Assembly: GCA_963736875.1 (NCBI GenBank)
Contig: CAVTQH010000002.1
Span: forward strand, 69,294 to 133,293
DNA: 64,000 nucleotides
Reading direction: 5' to 3'
Origin: Candidatus Amesbacteria bacterium
GTDB taxonomy: Bacteria > Patescibacteriota > Microgenomatia > CAZETR01 > Amesbacteraceae
Below the pieces are notes generated by a model. It saw only the letters and a program-made list of their open reading frames with translations, ran no database searches and had not been told where the DNA came from. The position numbers and the translations under genes were made by a program. Positions 29,377-38,896 of this stretch are shown here, in pieces (the stretch's first letter is position 1; every line of letters begins with the position of its first letter).

Positions 29377-30841
29377 TTATTTAACCTTCTCTGTAATTCT
29401 ATATTCTATATACTTTCCCAGCATTAGTCTTGTGTGCGCATCAAGCCCTGGTAATGCGTTAAAGAAGAAGCCTGAAATCGGCATTAAAATAAACTCGAAA
29501 GGTGCCAGCCACACCCGCCATCTAGGGGTGTCCTTGGGTCGTGGCGGTCGGTGCCGGAACTCAATAATCAGAAGCATCACTAAAAATATCAAAGTCACGG
29601 TCAGGATTCCCGAGGAAATCCTGGGTAATGTAAAACCTAAAGACGTTCTCTTAAAAACCGGATTAACGATAGTAACCACCGAAACCCCGACGGTAATGAT
29701 AAACCAATTTACAGGCCAGAGTAGATGATCCTGTACTACCCTGAGGATTCTCAGGGTTTTGTTTAAAAACGATACCTGTGGCTGTTTTAAATACATTTCG
29801 ATAAACAACGGCAAATCAGACACCCCCCAAGCCCATCTCTTTTTCTGTTCATATTCATTAATAAAAGTTTTCCACATACTGGTAGATTCTGCTGCATCAG
29901 CACTCGAAGGCAAAAATATCGGTTCTACTTCCACTTTTCCGTCCAGTTTGAAAAAAGCTTTGAAGAAAATCCTGTAATCCTCGGGAATTACGTCAGTGTC
30001 CCAATATCCGATTTTATCAATCATCGAGAAAGTGGACGAATAATTTGAAAAATTAATCAATCTGTCCCGGCGCACCAGCAATCCGATTTGCCATATATTG
30101 GAGAAAGTATTAATCACTCTGGTCATTGCCGGAATCCTCCAGATGTTGTTATAAAAAACAATTGCCGGCTGCCAAAATTTCAGATATCTGTTCGGATCAT
30201 CCAAAAACTTGAAAGTCAGGTAGGAAAAATATTGCGGGTGCAAAATAGCGTCAGCATCGTTGGAGGTGATGGTCAAATAATCCATATTCCATCCTTTTTC
30301 ATCAACCAATATTCTCTTGGCCTCCCTGGCCGCCCAGGCTTCATTGGAGGATTTCCCTTTCACCTCACCCACGATGTTTGCCGGGTGCACCGTAATCAGG
30401 TATTCTCCAAATTTCTTTCCCCAAAGTCTTTCCCAGACTTTCGGCTCCCGTAAAGCCTTTTGGATATCTTTCCTCCGTAGCCATAATCACTGCAATTTGT
30501 TTCAGGGGAAAGGTTTGCCGGGTCAAAGCTTCTATGGTTTTGGCGTAGGTATCGAGAGGTTCATTGGCGATCATAATCATTACCACATGTTTAACCCTCT
30601 CCCAATCACCAAATCCCTTGACCTCCCTCATCCAATCCAAGCGCTCCGCGGCCTTGATTCTCAGATGGGAAATAAATGTGGCTACCGTCATGGAAAATCC
30701 CTTCCACACCCAAAACACATCAAACGCTAATATAAAATAAGCCGTTACCACCGGAAAAAAATACCCCCCCCAGATTAGAAACAAAATTAAGTTCCAGCTC
30801 ACAAAACCGGGAATAATTTCCAGAATTCGGCGTCGTTTCAT
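29377..30841 (-). CDS. Family 2 glycosyltransferase (membrane, processive-synthase-like) with one frameshift near 30465
   Basis: GT2 catalytic region with QKKRWAWG (QxxRW), DAD and GKSSN motifs, N- and C-terminal TM helices. The two track ORFs (30365..30841 and 29377..30390) join at the homopolymer context GAGGAAAG; the downstream frame reads …ATEE|KDIQKALREPKVWERLWGKKFGEYLITVHPANIVGEVKGKSSN…. Confidence 0.7.
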
Positions 30842-31587
30842 GTTAATTTGAATAGCCTTCCGGCGTTTGCTGATGTTAACTCATCTATATACCGGACAGC
30901 CACGCCTCTTATTTCGGCTACTTTCTCCGCTACAATTTTAACATTCACCGGGGTATTAATATCACTCTGTACTCCGACGGGAACGGAATATGGCGCATCC
31001 GTTTCCAGAAGCAGTAATTCCTCCGGCAATTCCCTGATAACAATTTTCATTCTGGGATTATTTTCGTATGTTACTAACCCCCCGAAACTCATATACCAAC
31101 CTCTTTCCGCACATTTTTGCATAAATTCCCTTCCCCTGGTAAAGCAGTGCATTAAAACCCCTGTCCTTACCCCGTTCAGTATTCTTAATATATCTTCATC
31201 CGCGTTTCGGTTATGCACCACAATCGGCAATCTTGTTTCTTCGGCCAGTCCCGCCATCGCTCCAAACAACTCTTTCTGTTTGTTCTTTTCTTCAGGTTTT
31301 GTCTCAAGTCTAAAGTCCAATCCCACTTCTCCTATACCTACCACTTTTGGATGTTTGATTAATTTTATTAATTCACGCATATTTTTTTGCCAACCATCAA
31401 ACACATTCTCCGGATGAATACCTGCTACAGCCCATACATTGTCAAACTTTTCCGACAGTTGCACTGCTTCTATACTATCCTCGAGGCTGGTTCCGGCCGT
31501 GATTATTTTCACTCCCGATTCTGCAATTTCTGATATCTCATTATCCCGGTATCGTGAATCAGTCAGGTGACAGTGGACATCAATCAT
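30838..31587 (-). CDS. tatD: TatD family metal-dependent hydrolase (DNase)
   Basis: MIDVHCHL start and conserved His/Glu/Asp ladder (GIHPE…GEVGLD…HCF…ETDAPY). 249 aa. Confidence 0.8.
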   Translation of the reverse strand: MIDVHCHLTDSRYRDNEISEIAESGVKIITAGTSLEDSIEAVQLSEKFDNVWAVAGIHPENVFDGWQKNMRELIKLIKHPKVVGIGEVGLDFRLETKPEEKNKQKELFGAMAGLAEETRLPIVVHNRNADEDILRILNGVRTGVLMHCFTRGREFMQKCAERGWYMSFGGLVTYENNPRMKIVIRELPEELLLLETDAPYSVPVGVQSDINTPVNVKIVAEKVAEIRGVAVRYIDELTSANAGRLFKLT

Positions 31588-32999
31588 TGTATTCTCGGAA
31601 ACAACCCGGCCCGAGCTTGAATCTTCGGTCCCTTAAATTGTTCCAGTATCTCTTCCGCCGTCTCGGGTAAAAACGGCTGCAGGTGGTACGCAATATGCCT
31701 GACCTTCCCCACCAGCTCTATTAATACACTTCTTAATTCTTCGCCATTTAATTTCCACGGTTGTTTGTTATCGATGACCTGGTCACAATTACTTACCTCA
31801 AGTGCTATTAAGGCGGCTGCCTCATGAAATTTGAATTCATTTATTTTATCCCCGATCTTTCTGTTAAACGTCAACTTTTCTTTGGGGAATTCAAAACCGC
31901 TGTTCTGGCATAACTTAGCCACTCTCGCGACAACATTTCCTACCCCATTGGCCAAGCTGGAATTGTAAAAATCAACCAGCTTACTAATGGAAAAATCACT
32001 GTCTTCCCAGGGGTGTATCTGTGACAACAGATAAAACCTCAATGTATCGGCCTTATATTTTTCAGCCAACTCGATGGCATTAATTGCATCACCCGAGCTT
32101 TTGCTTATTTTCTGTCCGTCTACGGTCAAAAATCCATGGATAAACACCTGCTTGGAATTAGGCAGTCCTGCAGACAAGAGCATTGCCTGCCACATTGCGG
32201 ATTGCTGCCGCAGATTATCTTTTCCCGCCACCTGTACCCCAGGCCAGAAATCAGAAAATTTCTTCCCATTCTCCGGCCACCCTAAGGTAGAAATGTAATT
32301 AATTAAAGCGTCAAACCACACATACATCACATGTTCAGGGTCGTCCGGTACATCAATTCCCCAAGGCATCTTCTTCCTCAGTCTGGATACACTGAAATCC
32401 TCCAGCCCGGTTTTTACAAAAGTCTTTATTTCATTATATTTTCCTTCCGGGATGACAAAATCAGGATGTTTGTCGTAAAAATCCAGCAGAGGCTGCTGAT
32501 ATTTGGAAAATCTGAAGAAATAATTTTCTTCCTCAATAATTTCCAGTTCAAGGGCAGGATGAATCGGGCACTTCCCATCAATCAGCTCTGACTCCGTCTT
32601 TTCCAACTCGCACCCTACACAGTACTTGATTCTATAATTTTTCTTGTAAATATCTCCCTTTTTCAGGCACCTTTGCCAAAATTCCTGAGCGGCTTTAATA
32701 TGATGCGGGTCCGTGGTCCGGATAAAATTTGTGTAACTTAAATTCAGAGCTCTTTTCAGATCATCAAATTTGGCTGCATACTCATTACAGTAAATCTGCG
32801 GATCCTTCCCCAACTCTAAGGCCTTACGGTAGATTTTTAACCCGTGTTCATCAGTGCCGAAATTAAAAATAACATCTTTTCCCAACAATCTTTGATATCT
32901 GGCGATCACATCCGCTTGCACGATCTCCAGGGCAAACCCGATGTGCGGTTCAGCGTTTACGTAAGGTAAGGTAGTCGTAATATAAAATTTTTCCGCCAT
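31584..32999 (-). CDS. metG: Methionine--tRNA ligase (core only, no C-terminal tRNA-binding domain)
   Basis: Class I motifs PYVNAEPHIGFA (HIGH) and KISKSSG (KMSKS), Zn-knuckle CVGCELEK…C. 471 aa. Confidence 0.85.
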   Translation of the reverse strand: MAEKFYITTTLPYVNAEPHIGFALEIVQADVIARYQRLLGKDVIFNFGTDEHGLKIYRKALELGKDPQIYCNEYAAKFDDLKRALNLSYTNFIRTTDPHHIKAAQEFWQRCLKKGDIYKKNYRIKYCVGCELEKTESELIDGKCPIHPALELEIIEEENYFFRFSKYQQPLLDFYDKHPDFVIPEGKYNEIKTFVKTGLEDFSVSRLRKKMPWGIDVPDDPEHVMYVWFDALINYISTLGWPENGKKFSDFWPGVQVAGKDNLRQQSAMWQAMLLSAGLPNSKQVFIHGFLTVDGQKISKSSGDAINAIELAEKYKADTLRFYLLSQIHPWEDSDFSISKLVDFYNSSLANGVGNVVARVAKLCQNSGFEFPKEKLTFNRKIGDKINEFKFHEAAALIALEVSNCDQVIDNKQPWKLNGEELRSVLIELVGKVRHIAYHLQPFLPETAEEILEQFKGPKIQARAGLFPRIQ

Positions 33000-33038
33000 A
33001 TTCGTATTTTAACCCATCGCCTTGATATAATCCTCCCC

Positions 33039-34247
33039 GTGGATAAATCTTACCAGCCGTCATCAGAGGTGCTTGAAAAGTATGCCGGGGTGTTGGTTAA
33101 TTATGCTTTGAATTCCGGTAAGGGGGTTAAAAAAGGTGAAGTAGTCAGGCTGGTAGTTAATGAGTCAGCCAAACCGCTGTACGTAGCCTTAAGAAATCAA
33201 TTATTACGATCCGGGGCTCATTGTATTACCGCCTACCACCCTGACGGTGTAGACAGGGAATATTTTGAGCTGGCTGATGAAACCCAGTTAAAATTTTTCC
33301 CCAGAAAGTACTTTCGCGGCCTGGCTGATGAGATCGATCATTCCATCGGCATTATTTCCGAGACCGACAAACACGAACTGGAAGGCATAGACCCGGCCAG
33401 GATTATGCTTAGCCAAAAAACCAAAAAACCTTTCAAAGACTGGTTGGATGCCAAAGAAAATGCCGGCCGTTTTACCTGGACTTTGGCGCTTTTTGGCACT
33501 CCGGCTATGGCCAAAGAAGCCGGTATGAACCTGAAACAATATTGGGATCAGATTATTAAGGCTTGTTTTTTGGACCATCCCGACCCGATATCCAAATGGC
33601 GGGAGGTGTCTGTCCAAAACACCGGTATCAGAAAAAAACTTAATGCTTTAGCCATAGAAAAACTGCATCTTAAAGGTCCTGATGTCGACCTTTGGATTAC
33701 TTTGGGGCAAAAACGCCGATGGCTTGGCGGCTCCGGCCGCAACATTCCCAGTTTTGAGATATTTACTTCTCCTGACTGGCGGGGGACCAATGGGTGGATT
33801 GAATTCAACCAACCTCTCTACCGATACGGCAATTTAATTACCGGCATCAGGCTGGAATTTGAGAAAGGCTTGGTTGTTAAAAGCTCGGCCACGAAAAATT
33901 ATTCGGTTCTTCAGAAAATGCTGGAGGTAGAAAATGCAAATAAGATTGGGGAATTTTCCTTGACAGACAGGCGCCTTTCAAGAATCGATAAATTTATGGC
34001 CGAAACCCTGTTTGATGAAAACATTTCCGGTCCTTTCGGCAATACCCATATTGCCCTGGGAACCGCTTACGACGACACATATTCCGGGAACATAAAGAAT
34101 CTTAATAAATCTCTCAAGACCAAACTGGGTTTTAACAATTCCGTAATCCACACGGACATCATTTCTACCACCGACCGTACGGTTACCGCTCATCTTACCG
34201 ATGGTTCCCGAAAAATCATTTACTCTTCCGGCCGGTTTGTCCTTTAA
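33039..34247 (+). CDS. Aminopeptidase, M29 (AmpS/PepS, thermophilic metalloprotease) family
   Basis: GTG start. Conserved M29 blocks (NIPSFEIFTSP, GNTHIALGTAYDD, FSLTDRR). 402 aa. Confidence 0.7.
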   Translation: MDKSYQPSSEVLEKYAGVLVNYALNSGKGVKKGEVVRLVVNESAKPLYVALRNQLLRSGAHCITAYHPDGVDREYFELADETQLKFFPRKYFRGLADEIDHSIGIISETDKHELEGIDPARIMLSQKTKKPFKDWLDAKENAGRFTWTLALFGTPAMAKEAGMNLKQYWDQIIKACFLDHPDPISKWREVSVQNTGIRKKLNALAIEKLHLKGPDVDLWITLGQKRRWLGGSGRNIPSFEIFTSPDWRGTNGWIEFNQPLYRYGNLITGIRLEFEKGLVVKSSATKNYSVLQKMLEVENANKIGEFSLTDRRLSRIDKFMAETLFDENISGPFGNTHIALGTAYDDTYSGNIKNLNKSLKTKLGFNNSVIHTDIISTTDRTVTAHLTDGSRKIIYSSGRFVL

Positions 34248-34572
34248 CTCTCCGCTCCCACCTGTCAGTGTCCCGCTGTTTGTACTTGTACATGACCCTT
34301 TTAAAAGCTTTCTCCAAATCAATCCCCAGGGAATTAGCCAAACAAACCAGGGTAAAAATTATATCCGCAATTTCATCGTCCAAATTATTATCCTTCTCAT
34401 CAACCTTCTTCTTTTTCGGACCGAATTGGTGATTGATTTCTCTGGCTAATTCACCCACCTCCTCCATCAATCTGGCCAAAATTTCCAGCGGTTTAAAATA
34501 ACCCAGTTTAAATTGCCTTATCCACTTGTCAACTTCTTTTTGAATTCCTTTTAGCTTCATATTTTTTGACAC
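34216..34572 (-). CDS. MazG-like nucleotide pyrophosphohydrolase
   Basis: EEVGELAREI…DEIADIIFTLVCLANSLGIDLE, the all-alpha NTP-PPase EExxE/D motifs. 118 aa. Confidence 0.7.
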   Translation of the reverse strand: MSKNMKLKGIQKEVDKWIRQFKLGYFKPLEILARLMEEVGELAREINHQFGPKKKKVDEKDNNLDDEIADIIFTLVCLANSLGIDLEKAFKRVMYKYKQRDTDRWERRVKGQTGRKSK

Positions 34573-34918
34573 TTAGGAGGTTTTTAATTTTTTCTTCCCA
34601 CTTTGTCGCCCATTCCTCTGCCAGTATTTTTTTAATCGCCACCTGCCACCCCGGGTTTTTCAAATCCTTTTGAATGGTGGCAATCGAAGCCGACGACACC
34701 TTCAAATTATCACGGATTACCTCATAACTTCTTTTTTTTGTCAGCCAATAGCCGGTTGCCAGCCTTTTAATTACAGTTGTCAGCTCGGTTTCAGAAAGTA
34801 AATCAGAAAATATTTCCCGGGCTTCCTGTGGATTTTTAATATCCGCTACCATCTGGTACCACATCTGCTGCAGCTGCTTCTCTAATATTTTATTAACTTT
34901 CTGTTTTGATATCTGCAC
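34529..34918 (-). CDS. TrpR-like / YerC-YecD family DNA-binding protein
   Basis: LSETELTTVIKRLATGYWLTKKRSYEVIRDNLKVSSASIATIQKDLK matches the Trp-repressor-like HTH of the YerC family. Confidence 0.55.
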   Translation of the reverse strand: MQISKQKVNKILEKQLQQMWYQMVADIKNPQEAREIFSDLLSETELTTVIKRLATGYWLTKKRSYEVIRDNLKVSSASIATIQKDLKNPGWQVAIKKILAEEWATKWEEKIKNLLSVKKYEAKRNSKRS

Positions 34919-34933
34919 GAGCCAAATACTACT

Positions 34934-35236
34934 TTAATTGATCAAACTTATCAACCCCAAAATAAGAATTAAAAGTATACCCGTTAAAACATCCAATACA
35001 CTCAGGCGGTTGAGTATCAACACCCCGAATATTAAAAGTGAAATTATAAATCCCCATTTTTTCCTACCCCCAAACCACGAAGATAAAAGAAACATTGATA
35101 CAAATCCTGTTACTAGCACCATTACTTCCTTCCACCATTGATCCGGAGTCCAGTGCCATATCATCCATCCGGTAACCGCCAGACCTAACGCTCCCGCCAG
35201 CAAACCCCAAATCGGTTTCTTTTCCTGTTTCCTCAT
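34934..35236 (-). CDS. Small membrane protein, hypothetical
   Basis: 100 aa with three TM helices. No family recognised. Confidence 0.35.
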   Translation of the reverse strand: MRKQEKKPIWGLLAGALGLAVTGWMIWHWTPDQWWKEVMVLVTGFVSMFLLSSWFGGRKKWGFIISLLIFGVLILNRLSVLDVLTGILLILILGLISLIN

Positions 35237-35252
35237 ATATAATCAACTTGCC

Positions 35253-36248
35253 ATGAACCCGGATCTTTATCTTATTTTAGCAGTAATTCTGGCGGGATTT
35301 GGTATTACTCTCATTCTTTTCCGCCGTTGGTTGTCTGAAAAACCTCAAACGGATACTGCTTTAACTGAATGGCTCAAATCCATGCAGGCCACAGTCCAGG
35401 GTTCTTCTTCGGATGTGGCCAAACTGCTTCAGGAAAACACCCGTCAGTTAAATGACCGCTTGGATAACGCCGCCCGGGTCATTTCCTCAGTCCAAAAAAA
35501 TCTAGGCGAGATGTCAGAAGTGGGTAAAGGCATAAAAACTCTCCAGGAATTTCTCCAAAGCCCGAAACTTAGGGGAAATATCGGCGAGCAGGTTCTCTCG
35601 GATATGATAGGAGAGACTTTTCCCAAAAACGCTTTTCACCTGCAGCATTCCTTTAAATCAGGCGTCAAGGCTGACGCTGTCCTAAAAACCGACGCCGGCC
35701 TTCTCTGTATCGATTCCAAATTTCCCATGACCAATTTTAACCTGATGGTAAAAGGTGAAACTGAAGCCGAACGAAAACAGGCTAAAAAGGACTTTATTGC
35801 CGATGTTAAAAAGCATGCATCCGATATTTCCAGAAAATATATCCTGCCGGAGGAAAACACCATGGATTTTGCCCTGATGTATATTCCGGCCGAAACCGTT
35901 TACTACGAAGTCGTTAATACTCCGGAAATTACGGATTATGCCAGATCCTTAAGGGTTTATCCCGTTTCACCCAACACTCTTTATGCTCACCTCCAGGTCC
36001 TTCTGGTTTCCTTCCAGGGCAAAGAAATGGAAGCCAAATCCCGGGAGGTTTTCCGGCTCTTGCGGGCTATCCAGAAAGATTACTCCAAAGTCGAGGAGAA
36101 TCTCGGTGTACTAAATCGCCATGTGACTAATGCTTACAACCAAATGAGCCAGGTCGGCAGCGGTTTTGTCACCCTCGGTCAAAAATTATCCCAGACAAAT
36201 ATGCTGACCGGTGAAGAAAAAGAGGAAACGAAAAAGCTTGAAACATAA
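35253..36248 (+). CDS. rmuC: DNA recombination protein RmuC
   Basis: N-terminal TM. RmuC core NIGEQVLSDMIGETFP…GVKADAVLKTDAGLLCIDSKFPMTNF…MYIPAETVYYEV. Confidence 0.8.
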   Translation: MNPDLYLILAVILAGFGITLILFRRWLSEKPQTDTALTEWLKSMQATVQGSSSDVAKLLQENTRQLNDRLDNAARVISSVQKNLGEMSEVGKGIKTLQEFLQSPKLRGNIGEQVLSDMIGETFPKNAFHLQHSFKSGVKADAVLKTDAGLLCIDSKFPMTNFNLMVKGETEAERKQAKKDFIADVKKHASDISRKYILPEENTMDFALMYIPAETVYYEVVNTPEITDYARSLRVYPVSPNTLYAHLQVLLVSFQGKEMEAKSREVFRLLRAIQKDYSKVEENLGVLNRHVTNAYNQMSQVGSGFVTLGQKLSQTNMLTGEEKEETKKLET

Positions 36249-36257
36249 ATATAATAT

Positions 36258-36977
36258 ATGATTCCGGCAGACATCAAACTCCAAATTCCGAAAAATTCTT
36301 TACCTGAAAAGCAGAAGCACTTTTTAGCCTACATTCCTTGGGATAACAAATATTTATCCCTTATACCGTCAGAGTACCAAAGGTATTTTCTGGATTGCTT
36401 GCCGCTGCTGGGAGTTCGTACCACTGATGTTCACATTGCCGTTTGTTTTCAGTACCTGGATCAGCTGATTCACAGTTTCGAAACTGCACACCGGGTAAAA
36501 ATAGACAAAGACATTGTAGCTCTGGGTCTTATACTTCATGATATTGGTTGGAGCAGGCTTTCAGATGAAGAAATTGCGGCCAGCCTCGGTATTTCCGGAC
36601 TAAAACTTAACAAAGCAGCGGCCGGTCCGAAGGAAAGACATGCAGTTGAAGGTGAAAAAATTGCCCGACAAAAACTAGCTGCCTGGGGGATCACGCCGGC
36701 TAAAATAAATTTAATCTGTCTGTGCGTTCGCTGGCACGACAACCTGCACAATGTAAGTCAAAACGGAAAGATTCCCCCCGAGGCTGAATTATTAGCGGAT
36801 TTGGATCACCTTTGGTCATATACTCATCTGAATTTCTGGCAGGATACGGTCAGGAAAGGAATCCCGCCGGCAGACTATGCGGCGAATCTGGACACCGACT
36901 TGGACAACTATTTTATTACTCCGGAAGGGAAAGTCTTGGCCGGTCGTCTGTTATCGGATAGAATTGCAGAGTTATGA
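36258..36977 (+). CDS. HD-domain phosphohydrolase, hypothetical
   Basis: HD motif (LGLILHDIGWS) and a downstream RWHDNL His/Asp pair. Confidence 0.5.
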   Translation: MIPADIKLQIPKNSLPEKQKHFLAYIPWDNKYLSLIPSEYQRYFLDCLPLLGVRTTDVHIAVCFQYLDQLIHSFETAHRVKIDKDIVALGLILHDIGWSRLSDEEIAASLGISGLKLNKAAAGPKERHAVEGEKIARQKLAAWGITPAKINLICLCVRWHDNLHNVSQNGKIPPEAELLADLDHLWSYTHLNFWQDTVRKGIPPADYAANLDTDLDNYFITPEGKVLAGRLLSDRIAEL

Positions 36978-37966
36978 ATTACCACCCTTTGGGTAAGACC
37001 GGACTAAAAGTGGCCGAAATTGGTATCGGTACCTGGCAGATAGCCAAAGGTGACATGTGGGCAAATACTGATGAAAAAGAAAGTTTCCACGCCCTGGAGC
37101 ATTATGTGGATCTGGGGGGTAATTTTATAGACACCGCCTGGATCTATAGTTACTCGCAATTGTTTAATCGTCATGGCTCACACGAACTTATAGGCAAATT
37201 TTTAAAGGAATCAAAAAAAAGAGAAAAATTAATCATTGCTTCCAAGGTTCCTCCTAAAAACATGCACTGGCCGGCCAAGCCCGGGATTCCTGTTTCTGAA
37301 GTTTTTCCGAACGAATGGATAGAAAAATGTGTCGACGATTCACTGAAAAGCTTACATACGGAATATATAGACCTGATGCAGTTTCATGTCTGGCAGGACG
37401 ATTTTGCGCAAGACGACGGCTGGAAAAACACCATCCAAAGAATAATTAAATCCGGTAAAGTCCGCTTCTGGGGGATTTCAGTTAACGACTATCAGCCGGA
37501 AAATTGTTTAAAGACCTTGGATACGGGCTTAATTGACACCATTCAGTTTATTTTTAATATTTTTCACCAGAAACCTTTGGAAATACTCATCCCTTATGCC
37601 CAAGAACACAATATCGGTCTTATTGCCAGGGTTCCGTTGGATGAAGGGGGACTGTCCGGGAAATTCACCGTTGATACCAGGTTTTCCGAGGGAGATTTCC
37701 GCCGGAACTTTTTCCAACCCGGCCGTTTACCCGAATTAGTCAGGCGGACGGATACGCTCAAACAACTTCTTCCCAAAAATGAATCTTTAGCTAAGTTTGC
37801 TCTCCGCTTCATTCTTTCTTTTGACGCTGTATCCACAGTTATCCCCGGCATGCGCAGGGTCTCATATGTCGATTCCAATACTGCCGTCTCCGGCACCGGG
37901 AAACTTCCCCCCCAACTCCTCGCCGAACTCAAAAAACACTCCTGGGAAAGAAACTTTTATATCTGA
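36974..37966 (+). CDS. Aldo/keto reductase family oxidoreductase
   Basis: GxGTW, DTAWIYSY and IIASKV blocks, (α/β)8 AKR signature. ATGA overlap with the HD gene. Confidence 0.75.
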   Translation: MNYHPLGKTGLKVAEIGIGTWQIAKGDMWANTDEKESFHALEHYVDLGGNFIDTAWIYSYSQLFNRHGSHELIGKFLKESKKREKLIIASKVPPKNMHWPAKPGIPVSEVFPNEWIEKCVDDSLKSLHTEYIDLMQFHVWQDDFAQDDGWKNTIQRIIKSGKVRFWGISVNDYQPENCLKTLDTGLIDTIQFIFNIFHQKPLEILIPYAQEHNIGLIARVPLDEGGLSGKFTVDTRFSEGDFRRNFFQPGRLPELVRRTDTLKQLLPKNESLAKFALRFILSFDAVSTVIPGMRRVSYVDSNTAVSGTGKLPPQLLAELKKHSWERNFYI

Positions 37967-38063
37967 AAACGAAGTCGAAAATTTGAGGGCAAACCTTATC
38001 ATAACAAATTTCCGGTCTTATTTGCAGTCTTTATATTTTTCAAAACAACATCAATAATAAGGT

Positions 38064-38309
38064 GTGTTTTACGGGGAATTAAACTTTACACCGTTCAGAA
38101 TTCAACGTCAGGTAAATAGGCAGCGTCTCAAAGAAATCGAAAAAGAGCAACAGAGAATTAACGGGACAAGAAAGCCGGTAAAAGGAGGTTTGAGTGAGGC
38201 AATTCGGCATGAGCAGGAAAAGACTGAAAGAAACCGGACAAGATGGGTACCCACAGACAGTCAGGAAGCTCAAAGTGCATTAAGAGATCATTTACGGAAA
38301 CAACAATAA
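38064..38309 (+). CDS. Small basic hypothetical protein (possibly spurious)
   Basis: 81-aa GTG-initiated ORF in the convergent AKR/rnhB intergenic region. Highly charged. No family. Confidence 0.2.
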   Translation: MFYGELNFTPFRIQRQVNRQRLKEIEKEQQRINGTRKPVKGGLSEAIRHEQEKTERNRTRWVPTDSQEAQSALRDHLRKQQ

Positions 38310-38312
38310 ATT

Positions 38313-38882
38313 TTAAGAATGATTGAGTGCGGTTGTTACAAACACCCCACGGTGATATCTGACTGACCCAAATTCCTTAATCGCTTCTATATGATAACCG
38401 GTTCCGTATCCCGCGTTCATCCGCCATCCGTATTGCGGATGTTTGCCGTGCAGCTCTCGCATCAGTCTGTCGCGGGTGACTTTGGCTACAATTGATGCCG
38501 CCATCACGCACTTTCGTGTCCTGTCCGCCCCAACTACGCTTTTTACATTTTTATTTCTTAGATATATATGTAAATTTCCGTCAACAACGTATTTATCAGC
38601 TTCAATATTTTTAATCAATCTTTTAAAGATTTCCTTATTTGCCCATCCGATTCCCCGGTTATTTATTTGTCTGGCTGTGATTATTTCTGTTTTTACTACA
38701 CAACCGGATTCAAGAATTGCTTGACATATTTTTTCCCGTCGTCTTGGGTTGAGTTTCTTGGAATCTTTCAATTCCAAATTATATATTCTGAATTTTGAAT
38801 TCAATATTACCCCTGATGCTACCAATGGTCCCGCCAAAGCACCTCTTCCCGCTTCATCCAATCCGCAGACAATCATGATCAC
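38313..38882 (-). CDS. rnhB: Ribonuclease HII
   Basis: GLDEAGRGALAGPLV…DSKKL…VVGADRTRKCVMAASIVAKVTRD. 189 aa. Confidence 0.85.
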   Translation of the reverse strand: MIMIVCGLDEAGRGALAGPLVASGVILNSKFRIYNLELKDSKKLNPRRREKICQAILESGCVVKTEIITARQINNRGIGWANKEIFKRLIKNIEADKYVVDGNLHIYLRNKNVKSVVGADRTRKCVMAASIVAKVTRDRLMRELHGKHPQYGWRMNAGYGTGYHIEAIKEFGSVRYHRGVFVTTALNHS

Positions 38883-38896
38883 AGTATAATGGCACC

